A stretch of DNA of 63,866 bases, filler included, from Collodictyon triciliatum (lineage: Eukaryota), in assembly GCA_043381765.1 (NCBI GenBank). It is 8 parts of 8 records of this genome, joined end to end, with 100 filler letters (N's around TTAATTAATTAA, not from the genome) between each part and the next. Parts side by side here need not be neighbours in the genome. Positions count along the whole stretch, not along the records: positions 55,809 to 62,082 come from JBHJMP010003294.1; positions 62,183 to 63,866 come from JBHJMP010003371.1; 6 more parts are not named here. One strand, given 5' to 3'. The translations under genes were made by a program, and so were the position numbers. A model generated the notes under the pieces. It did no database searches and was not told the DNA's origin. It saw only the letters and a list, made by a program, of their open reading frames with translations. Shown here in pieces: positions 61,198-63,866 of the stretch. Within the stretch, counting starts at the first letter, position 1. The number at the start of each line of letters is the position of its first letter.

Positions 61198-62022
61198 GCT
61201 CTCTTTCTGGGTTCTGTGGAAATCGACTTCAGTGAAATATATTGCAAAAAAAGGAAAAAAAAAAAGAAAAAGCATGATTCTGTTTCCTTGACCGGTATTG
61301 TGAAAGCATTAGCGAGACCGTTCAAAGATAGTTGGGGCATAAAAAAAAAACAAGCAGTTGAGACTTCCGGCTTCACTCTTTTTTCTTTCTGATTTTGCCA
61401 AGACTGAGCCGCGAATGGCGTGCTGAAAGCCTCCATAAACCGGCTGAGGTTTGCACAAACAGAGGAACGAGAAACTGCAGCGGTGTTATGTTCATTCATA
61501 CTAGTCCTGCTTCGTGTGCGTTGAACAGGCTTCTGCTCTTTCGTACCTGTGCCTTCTTGATCGATTGTTCTTGCTGCATCAAACTGTGAAAGCTGTGATT
61601 TGGGCGCCCGATCAGAACCAATCGAATCTTCGATACATGGAAGACTATTCAGTGAATTTGAATAATTCTGGATAATATATCAAACACCAAAAGTCAGCCT
61701 TTGTATTGTTCATAATTAGATATCAAGCCAAAGACATAGTAAATATACAAATAATAATCAATAGATGTAATTTACACAATGATTGCTACGTCCATTGAAG
61801 TTATCGACCAGGAATAGTCACACAGGAGAGAATTCTGCATCGTCCGGATATGGGAACTCTGGTGGGAATAATCCGGAAACAACTTTTCGGCGGCGACTTC
61901 TCTGTCCACCGGGCGATATAAAACCAAAGGTAGGCGATGAGATGCAGAAGGCTGTAAGCGTGCGATGGTGACCCGACTGTGCTTTGATTAATCACACACT
62001 ACCGCCCCTTTGCATAAAAAAT

Positions 62023-62082
<60 letters not shown>

Positions 62083-62211
62083 NNNNNNNNNNNNNNNNNN
62101 NNNNNNNNNNNNNNNNNNNNNNNNNNTTAATTAATTAANNNNNNNNNNNNNNNNNNNNNNNNNNNNNNNNNNNNNNNNNNNNACGATATCGAAGAAAAGC
62201 AAGGAGAAAGA

Positions 62212-62299
<88 letters not shown>

Positions 62300-62303
<4 letters not shown>

Positions 62304-63780
62304 ATCTCAAGGCTGAGGCGGATATCATGGACCTACAGCGCCAGTTTCAACAGGTATATAAAGTCATTATAATCCCTCTCATCTGACCCAAAGAGTTCAT
62401 GCGGTCAATGCTCCTGTAACATGCCATAACTAACTCATAGAAAAGATAATTTAGCAACAAAAAGAGAATATAATCAAGTATGATGAAAGTGTAAATGTTG
62501 CATATCCTCATCATAATTCAAAAAATCAAATCTTGGGGGGCATTTTTTTTCTTTTTCTATCTCAGTTCTCAGGGTTCATAGTCCAGCAAGCACTTCCTAC
62601 ATTGGATGAGTCTCTGAGGCAACAATTGAGAGTTGGAATTAGTAACCTGCACGAATCTGTTATTGAGTCAACAAAAACGATGCTACTAGACTTTAAAGAA
62701 CAGTTGAAGCCAAGAGAGCTGGAGTTGAACACATCTGGTACAAATACACCAACGCATTTATTATAATTTTTATTTTTTTAGATTTTGTTCCTTGTAGTAA
62801 TATTTCATGCTTTCATACCTTTCGAGATAACTGAAGACGCAGAAAATAGGAGAAAAAAGAAACAATATATGTTAAACTACTATTTTTTGTTTTTATTTAT
62901 TTTAAAAAAAAAACCAAAATCACTTAATCTCATTTTGAATACATACTTAATTATATACAAGTTCGATTAATAATTCTCGTTTGAACCGACACCATTCCGA
63001 AAAAATTTTAATTTTGAAATTAGAGTCTAATGGCGTGGTCGACCACAAAATGTCGTTATCACAAAGACTGTCCAAGTTGAAAGTCCGCGAAGAGAAAATG
63101 TGAATGGATCTGATTTGTCCATTGAAATCCTACTATCACTTATTGTATATTCTGAATGACCACTCCATACTATTAGCGAGTATTACATAGACATATTTTC
63201 GTTCATTCACGTATTCATCAATTTCATTGACACTGTCAACTTTGTGCGATGTGCAAGATTGAATGCATCGACCAAAGAGACTCGCTTCCATCACCAACAG
63301 AGGGAACAATCAGGTGCAGACTAGTTTTTTTTTTCTGACCGTGCTCTTGTAATACCATTTTCCTTTCTATCAATTGCCCGCCTTTTTTGTGACAACATCT
63401 CAATTTTCTGTCTTTATATTTTATATGTAATAGCAGAATACGAATAAAAAAAAAAAATTATAAATGGTGGTTTCGAACAATGACGATTTTTTTTCCCTCA
63501 CCGGCCGTAGAAAATCTGCCATTTCCCAAACTGAGCAAATCAGCGAAAATGAAGGAAGAAAACGACCTTCAATTGTAATTCATCCGTCTTGAATCCTCAG
63601 ATAACTATCCTGCAATGAATCTATATTCAAGATGGAACTACTTGTTCTTGTCCGAATTCAACTTTAAGGAGTTCGTGATAAAAGGTACCCAGTCGAGGCC
63701 GTCTGCATCCGATGCTCAAAGAATGATATCACATCTCCAGGCCTATGCCTATTTCATCCCTGCCTAACCCCAGACGCTGG
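62300..63780 (+). CDS. Exon fragments of an unknown coiled-coil protein
   Basis: GT-AG-bounded open exons HLKAEADIMDLQRQFQQ and FSGFIVQQALPTLDESLRQQLR..; no recognisable family. Confidence 0.35.
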
Positions 63781-63866
63781 TAAAAAAAAAAAAAAAAAAA
63801 AATAATTCTTTTAAGTTTTTTTTTTGATTTTTTTTTTTTAAAAAATAAAAATAAACAAAATTATAA

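Noticed and set aside
61818-61978. Possible terminal exon of another gene on the minus strand (..PPEFPYPDDAEFSPV*)
   Set aside because: Short, at a scaffold end, no recognisable motif, and the strand is ambiguous.

Overview
Intron-rich eukaryotic DNA, probably from a protist. The window is not one locus. It is eight unrelated scaffolds joined by artificial 100-nt linkers (N44-TTAATTAATTAA-N44) at 8787-8886, 17668-17767, 26547-26646, 37955-38054, 46837-46936, 55709-55808 and 62083-62182. I rebuilt the genes by hand across the introns. They are a peroxisomal (PTS1) 4CL-like acyl-CoA ligase, an RHL1-like topoisomerase VI accessory protein, TRM7/FTSJ1, COQ6, a membrane class III cyclase-like protein with degenerate active sites, a large EF-hand/coiled-coil gene, the end of an SLC6/NSS transporter, a DRG2 5' part, a C2/EF-hand phosphatidylserine decarboxylase, a plant-type KCS, an unknown helical protein, a nodulin-like MFS transporter, a secreted EGF+GT4 glycosyltransferase and proteasome beta5. 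One scaffold holds L1/Tx1-like LINE remnants inside a ~1.9-kb-arm inverted repeat. The most unusual signal is a dispersed family of ultra-short (15-28 nt) A-tailed insertions, consensus CTTTGAATCGAATAAAGG(GG)A-tail, each flanked by 12-19-bp target-site duplications and found on at least four scaffolds. There is also a clear U12-type AT-AC intron and GC-AG introns. All homology calls come from motif recognition, not from database searches.
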